Shown: piece after piece, positions 24,650 to 36,220 of the stretch
How positions within the stretch are numbered: position 1 is the first letter of the stretch
How the letters are laid out: each line of letters starts with the position of its first letter
Assembly (NCBI RefSeq): GCF_018350175.1
Contig: NC_058377.1
Coordinates: forward strand, 20,894,001-20,958,000
Length of the DNA: 64,000 nt
From: Felis catus
Taxonomy: Eukaryota
Direction: 5' to 3'
Made by a program: the position numbers and the translations under genes
Notes under the pieces: model-generated
What the model saw: only the letters and a program-made list of their open reading frames with translations
The model's database searches: none
Told to the model about the DNA's origin: nothing

Positions 24650-24897
24650 ATTTTGTATTAAAATTTTTTTTCATGTTTGTTTGTTTGTTTATTTATTTAT
24701 ATATTTATTCAGAGAAAGAAAGAGAGACAGCATGAGCAAGGGAGGGGCAGAGAGAGAGGGAAAGAGAGAATCCCAAGCAGGCTCCATACTGTCGGTGCTG
24801 AGCCTGACGGGGGACTCGATCTCACAAACCTTGAGATCATGACCTGAGCCAAAATCAAGAGTCAGATGCTTAACCAACTGAGCCACCCATGTGCCCC
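24650..24897 (-). mobile_element. Can-SINE
   Basis: Reverse head gtgcccc at 24897. Confidence 0.9.
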
Positions 24898-25496
24898 AGA
24901 AGTCTTTAATTTTAAGAAAGTCCAGTTTATAATTTTTTTCTTTCCTGGATTATGCTTTTGCTGTTGCATATAAAAACTGATCACCACACCCCAAATTATA
25001 TAAACTTTCTCCTATTTTTTTGTAGAAATATTATAGCTTGAATTTTACATTTAGGTCTAGGTTTCATTTTGAGTTAATTTTCATGAACGGTATAAAATCT
25101 ATGTACAATTTCTTTTTTGTATACGGATGTCCAATGGTTCCAGCACATTTGTGGAAGAGACAATCTTTTCCCCATTGAATTTCCTTTGCTTCTTTGGCAG
25201 ATATCAGTTGTTCATATTTGTGCATGTTTTTTTTTTTTTCTGGACTGTCTATTATATTCCATTGGTCTATGTTTCTATTTTTCTCTATTTAGTGTCATGC
25301 TGCTTTGATTATGGTAACTTTATAGCAAGTAATGAGATCACTTAGTGTGAGTCACCCAACATTGCTTGTCTTCACTATTGTGTTAGCTGTTTTGGTTTTT
25401 TGCTTTTTCATATAAATTTTAGAGTCAGCTTACTGACATCTACAATATAGCTTGCTGGGATGTTGATTGAGATTTTGTTACATTTATAGGTCAGAG

Positions 25497-25895
25497 TGAT
25501 GTGGGGCTGCTGAGTGAACAGTCAATAAAGAATGTTCCTGAGACATTTTTGGTGCAAAAAGACGTTTTGATTAAACTACAGGGGCAGGACTCATGGGCAG
25601 AAAAAGCTGCACTGTGATCTTGGGCAGTGATTGTTTATATACTTTTAAGTTGGGGGGTGGTAGAGATAAAGGAAGTCTCTAAAGAGATTTTCCTACATTA
25701 AAGAACACTTACAGGATCCTGGAGGTCTGGCTCTCATTAAGCTAAGGTGGCCTTTTGCCTCTAGCAAATCATTAAGGTAGCTAGTGAGTTCCTTGAGAAA
25801 TAGCCACGTTCTGCCTCAGGTGTTTATCAGTGGGCTGCAAGTTGTAAGGAAATTTAATTGTGTCTACATTTCCTTTGCCTTTGTTCTCCAGATCA
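25497..25895 (-). mobile_element. ERV1-type solo LTR (carnivore), 399 bp
   Basis: Inverted termini TGAT...ATCA; 4-bp TSD AGAG (25493-25496 / 25896-25899). Confidence 0.7.
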
Positions 25896-25920
25896 AGAGT
25901 CTTCTCATTTCCTCCCTCCC

Positions 25921-26353
25921 TGAGTGGATTGAATTTTGTACCCTCCCCCCCATTCATATGTTAAAGTTCTACCCCTAGTGTCTCAGAATGTGACTCTATT
26001 TTAAGACAGCTCCTTTACAGTGGTAATTGAGCTAAAATGTGGTCCTTAGAATTGGCGTTAATGCAATGTGACTGGTGTCCTCACAAAAGGGAATATTTGA
26101 AGTCACAGGCCATGTGAAGATGAAGGCACAGATGTAGGTGATGCTTTTACAAGCTAAGGAATGCCAAGCATTGCCAGCAAACCACCAGAAGGGGGCCCAG
26201 AAACAAGAAACAGTCACTCACAGCTCCCAGAAAGAACCAGTTCTGACAACTTGAGCTTGAACCTTTACCCTCCAGAACTGGGACAATACATTTTTGCTGC
26301 TAGATCACTTAATTCGGGGTGCTTTGTTATGGCAGCCCTAGCAAACGAATGCA
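25921..26353 (+). mobile_element. MaLR LTR (MLT1A/B-like)
   Basis: attcatatgttaaagttctacccc...cagaatgtgact...tttgttatggcagccctagcaaac, typical of MLT1. Confidence 0.85.
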
Positions 26354-26509
26354 CTCCCGTCCCTATGACATTGCTGTCATTCTTTCACTTACTCATAACT
26401 TATTTATTTATCCGTAACCTAATGTATTGTTATTTTTCTTTTAAGAATAAGAAAAAGTTAAAAAGCTATCTTCTCTTCATTTATTCTTTCTCTGACACTC
26501 TTCCTTTTT

Positions 26510-27010
26510 TTATGTCCTTGAGGAATAAGCCCTCTGACCCAGATAAAGGAGGGACACAGAGCCTGGGAGCGCAGTGAAGTGAGGCTGTCGTCAAGGTTCT
26601 CGCACAAGCGGGTGTCTGATGGACAGGCACACTCAGGGTGGTTACGGCAGACAATTTATCTCCTAGCGTGCAAATCCCTCCCCCGATTCCTCATTGGCTG
26701 AGTGCTACAGAGGCTACAGCCTTACCCAGAAGTCGCCGATGTTCACCTAAGGCCAAAAATATCCAAAAATATTCTGATTGGATCAAACGAACATTTCCCG
26801 GGGTGAGGTAGAGGCTTTCAGTCCCTCCTTTGTTCTTTGGCGCATGCTCATTGCAAAGCTTGGGATAACAAACCTGAGACACAGAGAGGGGAAGGAGAAC
26901 CACGAAGTGAAGTGTCCAAGGGCTTGGGACTCCGTTATGGGGAGCAGTTTCGTATCTGTTTCCAATAGGCTGTGGAATGTCCTAGCTAACCTACTGTTAG
27001 CTAGGCAACA
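26510..27010 (-). mobile_element. Probable ERV LTR (carnivore/felid)
   Basis: TG...CA-bounded, CpG-containing block with two reverse CCAAT boxes, interrupting AT-rich L1 debris. No TSD found. Confidence 0.5.
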
Positions 27011-27014
27011 CAGC

Positions 27015-27261
27015 TTTTCTTTGTTTGTTTGTTTGTTTGTTTTGATTTTTAAATGTTTATTTTTGAGAGAGAGAGTGTGTGCAAACGCGCACCTGCAGAA
27101 GAGGGGCAGAGGACAGGCAGAGAGAGGGAGACAAAGGTTCTAAACGGGCTTCATGCTGTGGGACAGCAGAGAGCCCCATGTAGGGACTGAACTCAGGGAC
27201 AGTGAGATCATGACCTGAGCTGAAGTTGGAAGCTTTAACGGACTGAACCACCCAGGCGCCC
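27015..27261 (-). mobile_element. Can-SINE
   Basis: Reverse head ccaggcgccc. Confidence 0.9.
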
Positions 27262-27489
27262 TTGGTATGTCTGAAAATGAATCATCTCCCTTACTTCTCA
27301 CAATGTAATCCAAGTTTCTGATCTATATCATTTTCTTTCTCTCTATAATAACTCCTTTTTAACATTTCTTGCAGGGCAAGTCTGCTAGCGATGAATTCTT
27401 TCAGCTGTTATTTGCCTGAGAAATTCTTTATTTTCCTTTAATGCTTAGAAAATAATTTTGCTGGATTTAGACTTCTAGACTGGTGTTCT

Positions 27490-27694
27490 TTTTTTTTTTT
27501 TTAAGTTTATTTATTTATTTGAGAGAGATGGACACAGCATGAGCAGGATTGGGGCAGAGAGAGAATCTGAAGCAGGCTCTGTGCTCTCAGCACAGCCTCC
27601 CGGATGGGGGGCTCGAAGTCAGGAACTGTGAGATCATGACCTGAGCCAAAACCAAGAGTTGGACGCTTAACCAACTGAACTACCCAAGCGCCCC
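27490..27694 (-). mobile_element. Can-SINE
   Basis: Flanking repeat ctag(a/g)ctggtgttcttttt. Confidence 0.92.
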
Positions 27695-28088
27695 TAGGCT
27701 GGTGTTCTTTTTCTCTCTTTCAACACTTGAAATGTATCAGTCCACTTATTTCCTGTTTTCTTGGTTTCAGACAAGACTTGCCTTGTAATTCTTATTTTTG
27801 TTCCTCTATTGTTGACAGTTTTTTTCCTCTAACTTCTTTCAAGATTTTTCTCCTTGTCTTTGGTTTTCTGTTGTTGAATATGACATACCTAGGTGTATAT
27901 TATATATATTTCTTTATTTTTGGTATTCTGTTTGGTGTGCTTTGGCCTTCCTGGATCTGTGGTTTCATGTATATCATTATTTTCAGAACATTGTCAGTGA
28001 TTATTATTTCAGGTACTTCTTTTACTTCATTCTCTTGTTCCTTCTGGTCTTCCGATTACTTAATGTTGCATCTTTTAAAACTATCCCA

Positions 28089-28312
28089 GGGGCGCCTGGG
28101 CGGCTCAGCTCAGTTGGTTCAGCTTAGGACTCTTGGTTTTGGTTCAGGTCATGATCTCGAGGTTTTGTGAGTTAGTTTTGTGAGTTACAACCCCACGTCG
28201 GTCTCCGTGCTCACAGCATGGAGTCTGCTTGGGATTTCCTCTCCTTTGCCCCTCCTTCACTCCCGCTGTCTCTGTCTCTCTCAAAATAAATAAATAAAAA
28301 CTTGAAAAAAAA
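28089..28312 (+). mobile_element. Can-SINE
   Basis: Flanking repeat aaaactatccc. Confidence 0.92.
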
Positions 28313-29586
28313 AACTATCCCCAAATTCTTGGATGCTTTATTCTGTTTTTGTTTTCCGTTTCTAGCCTTTGCATTTCAGTTTGGGAATTTAAGCTTACTT
28401 ATTCTTTCCTTGGCTGGGTCCAGCCTACTGAGGACCCCATCAAAGGATTCTTTATTTCTGTTACAGTGTTTTGGACTTCTAGTATTTCATTTTGATACGT
28501 TCATAAAATTCCCATCGCTCTCCTTACAGTACCAATGCAAGTTGCTCACTTTCTCTGTGGGAGTCCTTAACACAGTAATGAAAGCTGTCTCAACTTCCTT
28601 GCTTGATAATCCTAACATCTGTATGATACAGGAGTTTAGTTCTCTTGTTTACTTTGTCTCTTCAGACTGTGTTTCTGCTTGCCTTTTAGCACGACTCGTG
28701 ATGTTTTTGTTGAATAGCCCAACATAAAATAATAGGAACCGTCAGGTCAGGTCACGGGAACTGAGGTGAAGAAACTTTAGCGTGAGAATTGTTGTGAATC
28801 TGCCTGGTAGTTGCCGTAGTTGGAGAAGGCACCTCTTGCATTGCCTTCAGGCATCCTTAAGTACTTGTCCTTAGAGTCTGTGTCTTGTGGTTGTTTCAGC
28901 TGTAACCCACTGTGTTCACACTGGAGCCCTGCTGGTGTGGAGAGAAGGTCCCTGAAGGAGAGAAGCTTTCTACAGTCTTGTGATTAAACTTCAGTCTTTA
29001 GTCAGCCTGCCTCTCTACACTCACCCCCGTAGGTGATACCACAAGGCTGTAGGGGGCTGAAGGGGGGAAAATGTCCTTCTCCCAGGTGGGATACGGCTCT
29101 AGCAAAGCTTTTCATTCTAGACAATAGATATTTTACTTCTCCTCACACTCATCCAGTGCTAGGAGAGTATCTTTCATCATTCTTCACTGTGGAGATCGAA
29201 CCGTTGAAAGTGTAGGGTTTCCCTAAGATGGCAGCCCCCAGGAGTTTCCCACCAGCATGCTAGTCCACACTCAGCCTCCAGCAATTTGTCAGAATTGCTA
29301 GTTAAGTGCTCCTATCTGTGTATGACTCCAGTGTTCTGTGCCAGGTAAGCGGATCTCCACTACGACTTCCTCTTGCCTCCCTTGTCCCTCCAGGGTTTGA
29401 GGTAGCGTTTTGCCCTGTAACCTCCAGTCTCTGATGGTTCCGAGAAAAGTCAATGCCTGCCACGCTGTTTAGCTTTTTCTTATTTCAAAGGTGAAAGTCT
29501 TGACTTCCAAGTTCTTCCCACTGGAAACTGACTGGAAAGCCCAATGTTGTGTATTCGAAACATTTCCTTGAAATGAAGATGAAATA

Positions 29587-29808
29587 GGAGTGCCTGGGTG
29601 GCTCAGGTGGTTTAAGTGCCCAGCTCTTGACCTTGGCTCAGGTCATCTCACGGTTCATGGGATCAAGCCCCATATTGGGCTCTGAGCTGACAGGGCAGAG
29701 TCTGCTTGGGATTCTCTATCCCTCTCTCTCTCTCTCTCTTTCTCTGCCCCTCCCCGTTCACTCTCTTTGTCTGTCTCTCTCTCAAAATAAATAAATAAAA
29801 TTTTAAAA
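29587..29808 (+). mobile_element. Can-SINE
   Basis: Head, (CT)n and tail. Confidence 0.9.
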
Positions 29809-29816
29809 TTAAGATG

Positions 29817-30030
29817 GGGGGCGCCTGGGTGGCTCAGTCGGTTGAGCATCTGACTTCAGCTCAGGTCATGATCTCACAGTCCATGAGTTTGAGTCCCGCG
29901 TCGGGCTCTGTGCTGACAGCTCAGAGCCTGGAGCTTGCCTTGGATTCTGTCTCCCCTCTCTCCGCCCCTCCCCTGCTCACACTCTGTCTCTCTCTGTCTC
30001 AAAAATAAACATTAAAAAAATTTAAAAAAA
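29817..30030 (+). mobile_element. Can-SINE nested at the tail of the previous one
   Basis: Flanking repeat aaattaagatg. Confidence 0.92.
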
Positions 30031-31273
30031 ATAAAATTAAGATGAAATAAATACATAGAGATTAATAAAGAAAACCAGGGAAGCATGGGGTGAACATGGC
30101 AAGTTCAAGGAACTTCGGGTAGCTCTGTATATATCATTGTGTATGTGTGAGGAGACTATGTATAAAATGATGAAGCTGGAGGGGTGGATAGGTGTCAGAA
30201 GGTGAAAGTTCTGTGCAAAATGTGTCATGGGTCTTATTTTCGAAAATTTCTCAGTGTTTAATATAGTGCTTAGTAAATAGAAGATGCTTAGTTTACTGAA
30301 TAAAGAAAGAACAAAGGCAGGAAAATATAATTGAAAAGTCATAATTAAAATTAAGGGCGGAATGACACGTCACACTTCCATTGAAGAGTATGAAGACATT
30401 AATTCTAGAAGTCTTACCAATAGCCAGCTTTTAAACATACTTAAATATATAAAACACCCTTTTTATTTTTAAGGGTTTCAAATGTTGAGGCAGCTTTGCA
30501 CGTAGATAGTGATTTTTTACCTTCAGATAATATTTGTGGCCGTCTCTTGCTGCTTCTCATATGAAAAAGCAATTCTTTGGATGATGTCCCTGAAATTAAC
30601 ACTGACACACATTTTGGGGGGGCAGTTCAGTATTCTAGTTGCTTTTCCCTGTGTTTCCCTGGGGACTATAGTTTCTCTGGGTTTCCCAGAGCCACTGGAC
30701 AGGAAGCTTCTTCTGCCACATGTTTTGTTATCTAACTTTAAGAAGACAGCAGTTCACGACCTTTATATGTCTAAATATTTGGCCTGTGGGAATTTTTCGG
30801 GTTTTCTAAATAAAGGCTATCTATAGCTATGAGATATTAGACTGCAGGAGAGCGTGCAGGTATTTTGACTAATTGACATCATGGATGAGGGGAGTGAGAC
30901 CGAATTTTGGAAGATCGTTCCTGTTTTAGACCACTAGGTACCGGAAGAAGTGACATTTACTTCCGGGGTTGCAGTTTTTTCTCTGTGTATCACTTCTCAA
31001 GTTTTGAAGGCTGATTATTTTTGATTTTCATGAACTATAAATAGTAGCAGTGTTACCCTGAGTTTTACGCTCCTGTGCTTGATTATACCAATATGGGATG
31101 TTCCAATGCGTGGTTTCCTATAGAACTTCTTAGGATAGTCGTCTTATAGTAAATGAGACAGGGGAGGATTCCCCAAAGAGGGCAGAGGAAATGATCACAG
31201 AGAAGCTGGTGGATCCCGTGATGAGTACGTGCGTTTTCTTCAGCAGGTTCGCTTACCAGGTTATACCGAACAC

Positions 31274-32218
31274 ATGAATCCAGCAAATCATTCCCAGGTG
31301 ACAGGCTTTGTCCTCCTGGGGCTCTCTCAGGTATGGGGGCTTCGGTTCCTCTTCTTTATTATCTTCTCTGTTGTGTATCTTATGACCGTAGCTGGAAATC
31401 TCCTTATTGTGGCCATAGTGACCTGTGACTCACGCCTCCACACAACCATGTACTTTCTCTTAGGCAACCTTTCTTTCCTAGACCTTTGCTACTCTTCCAT
31501 CACAGCACCTAGGATGCTGTTTGACTTGCTCTCAGACAACCCCATCATTTCCTTCGGCAGCTGCCTGACTCAGCTCTTCTTCTTCCACTTCATTGGAGGC
31601 ATCAAGATCTTCCTGCTGACGGTGATGGCATATGACCGCTATGTTGCCATCTCCCAGCCATTGCGCTACATGCTTGTGATGAACCGCACAGTCTGTGGGC
31701 TCCTCATGGTAGCCTCCTGGGTGGGGGGCTTCATCCACTCCATTGTGCAGATTGGACTGACTATCCAGCTGCCATTCTGTGGGCCTGACAAGCTGGACAA
31801 CTTTTACTGTGACGTGCCTCAGCTGATCAAATTAGCCTGCACGGATACCTTTGTCTTAGAGCTTCTGATGGTGTCTAACAATGGCCTGGTAACTTTGATG
31901 TGTTTTCTGGTGCTCCTGGGATCCTACACGGCACTGCTAGTCATGCTCCGAGGCCACTCATGGGAGGGCCGGAGCAAAGCCCTATCCACTTGTGCCTCTC
32001 ACATTGCTGTGGTGACCTTAATTTTTGTGCCTTGTGTCTACATCTATGCGAGGCCATTTCGGACATTCCCTATGGACAAGGCGGTCTCTGTTCTGTACAC
32101 AATGGTCACTCCCATGCTGAATCCTGCCATCTATACCCTGAGAAACAAGGAAGTGATCGTGGCCATGAAGAAACTGTGGAGGAGGCAGAAAGACCTTCTG
32201 GGCCCCCTGGAGCACTGA
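31274..32218 (+). CDS. OR4D5: Olfactory receptor 4D5 orthologue, intact, 314 aa
   Basis: 7TM OR motifs (LHTTMYFLL, MAYDRYVAI, KALSTCASH, PMLNPAIYTLRN). MNPANHSQV start and near-identity to recalled human OR4D5. True ATG is 31274 (ORF track extends from an upstream GTG); acceptor ttttcttCAG at 31241-31243. Confidence 0.93.
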   Translation: MNPANHSQVTGFVLLGLSQVWGLRFLFFIIFSVVYLMTVAGNLLIVAIVTCDSRLHTTMYFLLGNLSFLDLCYSSITAPRMLFDLLSDNPIISFGSCLTQLFFFHFIGGIKIFLLTVMAYDRYVAISQPLRYMLVMNRTVCGLLMVASWVGGFIHSIVQIGLTIQLPFCGPDKLDNFYCDVPQLIKLACTDTFVLELLMVSNNGLVTLMCFLVLLGSYTALLVMLRGHSWEGRSKALSTCASHIAVVTLIFVPCVYIYARPFRTFPMDKAVSVLYTMVTPMLNPAIYTLRNKEVIVAMKKLWRRQKDLLGPLEH

Positions 32219-32646
32219 CCCCCCCCCCCCCCCCCCCCAGATTAGCAGAAGCAGAGACTGAGAATCTGAGAGCTGTTTCTCTGGGGAAGCCTGCTCAAGA
32301 AGACCTACAGAGTAGCTAAAACCACTTGTCTACTCTATTACTTACCTGGACTACGACTTACTTCTGCGCTGTTCTCAACCTCAGTCAAGTTCTGGTGACC
32401 TGAACTTTTAACACAGCTAGAAAATGGAATGAGTACCCTAGAACTTCTCCCAAGTGCCTCCTAGAGAAAAAGTCTCAGCTGCTATGCAGGCTTGATGTTT
32501 GGGTCAGATGGCACTTGCTCCTATGATGATGTTGGCCCTGTTGAGAAAGTTCCAGCTGAAGTAGGCATGGAGGTCGTACATCTGGTGTTTCTTTTCTGAC
32601 ATTTCTTCTTGGACACAAAATATATCCAAGGAGCTCAAAACAATTC

Positions 32647-32760
32647 TTTTTTAACAAGTTTTTATTTATTTATTTATTTTGAGAGAGAGAGAGAAACAGA
32701 GAGAGAGAGAGAGAATGCATAAGCAGGGGAGGGGCCAAGAGAGAGGGAGAGAGAATCCCA
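32647..32760 (-). mobile_element. 5'-truncated Can-SINE (tail half only)
   Basis: (GA)n...ggggagggg...gagaatccca. Confidence 0.8.
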
Positions 32761-32779
32761 CTGCCTGTTGTAAAGTCAT

Positions 32780-33440
32780 AACTAGCACATCTGTCTCCAA
32801 ATCCATGCAATAGCTTCCTACTCAATTCTCTAAAATCCACTTTGTTTCCCTCTAACCTGCTGTCCCCACAGCAGCCAATTGATTTTTTAAAATATGATTT
32901 GATCACTTCCTTGCTGAAAACCCTTCAAAGGCTTTACATTGCCTTATGAAGGAAGAAAGATCCCCATAAACCTTGTAGATAAGGTCCTATCTGAACGGAC
33001 CTCAGCCCACCTCTCCTTCTCCAGTCCTCATGTGCATTTGTTTCTCTTATTCCCTCATCTGACTCTGGGTCCTTGCAAATACTACTCGTTCTCTCCGGAA
33101 TGCTGCTCCCCTACTTTCTCCTTGGATAATTGCTGCTCAGTCTGAGGCCTCAGTATAGAGCTCATTTCCTCGGAGGTATGTTCCCTGGTCTTTAATCCAG
33201 ATTAATTTTCCTTACTAGTCCCTCTAACAAAACTCGGCTCTCTTCTCAAAAGCATTTGTCACAAATTGCAACTACATAGTAATGTGTGTATTTAGGTTTG
33301 CTTGTTTGTTTGTCTGTATGTTTTTTCTTTTTTTGCCAGCCATCCCAATTACACTATAAATTGTATAAAAGTGAGGGCTTTGTCTATCTTGTTTACTACT
33401 ACATACTCAAGGTCTAGCGTTGCAGACTTTGAGTCTGGAG
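32780..33440 (+). mobile_element. L2 LINE fragment
   Basis: cacagcagcc...cttgctgaaaacccttcaaaggct...ggcctcagtatagagctcatttcctcggag, typical L2 3' region. Confidence 0.6.
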
Positions 33441-34051
33441 TTCTCTCTTGTCCAGCAAGAAAGTGGATGCAGAATTGAATATGAGAGAGGCTAATGTCTG
33501 GGAAGAGACAAGAACCCTGAGTAAAGATCCTTGCTCTGTATTTATTAGGATCAGAAGGCTTATAAATGTGATACATGTGCAGAAAGAGACAGTAAAACAG
33601 TGGCCATTAACTCATGTGTGTGAGAGAAAGGGGGTTTCGAAGGTATGCAGTGTTAGGGGTTAGGGTAAATACAAATCAAAGTCCTGGCACTGAGCAGATG
33701 GCTGTTTACTGCAGGCACCAGGCACCAGGTCTGTTTATCTTAACTTTTCTAGGGGCTAAGACAGATAGAGCCTGCTATCTCAGGGTTAAAAAGGCATTTT
33801 TCTTGCTAATTAGCTCTGGGTGTGTTGGCCCTGTAGCGGCTTTCCACTCTATGCTTGTTTCACTTAATGATAAATCCTGGGTGTTTTCACCCTGCTGTGG
33901 CGACTTTCTGCCTCTACCTGTTCTTGGACGCTTTTGTCCTGTGGAAGCGGCTTTCTGCTGTAGGCTTTGTTCTACTCTGGGTGCTTTCACCCTGTGGTGG
34001 CTTTCCGCCCTGAGTCTTGTTAACCCATTGGTGCAAGCTCAGGAAGCTCTT

Positions 34052-34300
34052 TTTATTTATTTCTTTATTTATTTTATTAAAAAAATTTTTTTTAATGTTT
34101 TTATTTATTTTTAAGACAGAGAGAGACAGAGCATGAGCAAGGGAGGGGCAGAGAGAGAGAGGGAGACACAGAATCTGAAGCAGGCTCCAGGCTCTGAGCA
34201 GTCAGCACAGAGCCTGATGCAGGGCTCGAACTCATGGACTGTGAGATGATGACCTGAACCGAAGTCGGATGCCCAAGCGACTGAGCCACCCAGGTGCCCC
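34052..34300 (-). mobile_element. Can-SINE
   Basis: Flanking repeat ggaagctct. Confidence 0.92.
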
Positions 34301-35257
34301 ATGGAAGCTCTTAAACTTATTCCCCACAGTCTAGCTCCACAGCCCAGATTCAAGAGCAGCAACGGAGGGGCCTTGATGCAGCACCAAGGAAGCATATACT
34401 CTCAGGATTGTGCACAACCACGTGGGTGTGTGTCTCTTTAAAATTTGTGCCCTAGACCTCTCCCTTGGCCCTAGACATCACCCTAGTCCCAACCCTGCCT
34501 AGCTCAGTGCCTTAATCCTACTGGGTATTTAATAATATTTCTTAAATAAGTGATTGTATGATTGGCTTTGTGTTTAGAGTCTATCAGGTAGAAGTTGACT
34601 TGGGAATTTGGGATATCTAAATATTTCACTGGTCGCAGTGTTTTTCCTTTGGGAGATTCCTATAGGAGCTGCTAGTCACCTAAACAGAAATGGCAAGTGA
34701 AGATCAAAGTAACAGTTATTACCGCAGCCAAAATGGAATTTCCCAATGTTTGGGCTCTGGTTAATCTTGCTTGTAATAGTCTAGATGGAAGCCATCAGAA
34801 CCCTTCTTCTTACTCCCCTCTAAGCTCCAGATCTGAGTCTCCGTATTTTTAGCATTCTCTGATTGGCTTTGCATTACAGGACCCTGAAGCAGTAGTAAGT
34901 ATGCTTGAGCATACACATACGGAAGAAGAGGAACGGCCTCCCTGAAGGAAGTCCACACGCTTACCTGCCCCAAGGGAAATGTGTCCTAACCAGAATTCTG
35001 AAGTGTGGCCAACTGGATCAGCCTTCTCTATGGGGAGGGGAGGGCATCAGGAAGAGAGGAGAGAGGAAAACGAAGGCTCTCTCTCTCTCTCTTTCATGAT
35101 GTGTCATTCTGGAGGCTAGTTGTTAATTGTCTGAGAAAAGTGCAGGGTGTTGTGGGACTGATTTGAACTTCAAATACAGTTTTACAAATTGCATACCTTT
35201 TTAACCTCTTAATCCAATATTTCCCATATTGGATAAATAAATAAATATTTCCAATAT

Positions 35258-36220
35258 TTACTTGTGACCCTCATAGTCCCTCGCAGCCATGGTTCTGTGC
35301 CACATCAGGGCAACTCTTAGGGCCTGCTTCACCTTATCATTGCGGAGACTGAAGATGAATGGGTTCAGGAGGGGTGTGATGATACAGCTCAGGACGGAGG
35401 CCCCTTTGTGGAGCAGTGTGGACTGAGCCTCTGACATACGGATGTAGAGAAAAATGGAGCTGCCATAGACAATGATGACCACTGTAAGGTGTGAGGCACA
35501 AGTGGAGAATGCTTTTTTTCGCTCCGCAGGTGTGGGGGCCCTGAAAACAGTGGCAAGAATGCAGGCGTAGGAAACCGAGGTCAGTGCCAGCGAGCCCAGT
35601 AACACTGACGTGGAGAGCACGAAAGCCACCAGCTCCAGTAAGCGGGTGTCTCCGCAAGAGAGCCTCAGCAAGGGCCAACTGTCACAGAAAAAGTGGTCAA
35701 TACCATTGGGGCCACAGAAAGGCAAGTTGGCCATGAGGATGGTGGGGCACAGGACCCAGAGGAATCCAGCTAACCAGGAGGCCAGAACCAGTTGGGAACA
35801 GACACGGCCATTCATTAGAGTCTCATAGTGGAGAGGTCGGCAGATTGCCAAGTAACGATCTAGAGACATGACAGCTAAGAGGAAGAAGTCGGTGGTGCCT
35901 AGGAGGAAGTAGAAGTAAGACTGGATGATGCAGGTGGCGAATGAGATGGAGTGGTCCCCCGTAAGAATGACAACAAGCATCTTGGGAACCACAACAGACA
36001 CGAGCAACAGCTCCAGGAAGGACAGGTGCCTCAGGAAGAAGTACATCTGTGTGTGCAGGTGTCGATTCGTCCAACTGAGCCCAATGATGAGCAGGTTGCC
36101 TGTGGCCGTTACAGCGTAGGCTGCCATCAAAGCCAGGAACAGCAAGAACTGCAGGATGTGGCTTCTAGGGAAACCCAGAAGGACAAACCCTGTCACGTGA
36201 GTCCAGTTTTCAGGACTCAT
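35258..36220 (-). CDS. OR6T1: Olfactory receptor 6T1 orthologue, intact, 320 aa
   Basis: OR motifs (LHTQMYFFL, MSLDRYLAIC, KAFSTCASH, PLLNPFIFSLRN); matches recalled human OR6T1 (NWTxVTxFVLLGFP, CGPNGIDHFF, RMSEAQS). Confidence 0.92.
   Translation of the reverse strand: MSPENWTHVTGFVLLGFPRSHILQFLLFLALMAAYAVTATGNLLIIGLSWTNRHLHTQMYFFLRHLSFLELLLVSVVVPKMLVVILTGDHSISFATCIIQSYFYFLLGTTDFFLLAVMSLDRYLAICRPLHYETLMNGRVCSQLVLASWLAGFLWVLCPTILMANLPFCGPNGIDHFFCDSWPLLRLSCGDTRLLELVAFVLSTSVLLGSLALTSVSYACILATVFRAPTPAERKKAFSTCASHLTVVIIVYGSSIFLYIRMSEAQSTLLHKGASVLSCIITPLLNPFIFSLRNDKVKQALRVALMWHRTMAARDYEGHK

Larger units (their letters stand above)
22810..25490 (-). mobile_element. Old L1MC/L1MB antisense composite with nested SINEs
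   Basis: ttagaaaccaagg..., catttgcattcccaccagcaatgaatgagagttcc, antisense ORF2 end (ORF 24036-24299). Confidence 0.75.
27262..29560 (-). mobile_element. Old L1M antisense (ORF1/5' region debris) with nested SINEs
   Basis: atttgcctgagaaattctttatttt...ttggccttcctggatctgtggtt pattern typical of antisense L1M ORF1. Confidence 0.55.

Noticed and set aside
10000-31200. Decayed OR8D4 remnant
   Set aside because: No OR motif found on either strand by eye or in the ORF track; a tBLASTn would be needed to exclude a highly degraded copy.
31229-31273. N-terminal extension of OR4D5 in the ORF track
   Set aside because: Starts at GTG upstream of a splice acceptor (31241-31243); the homologous start is the ATG at 31274.
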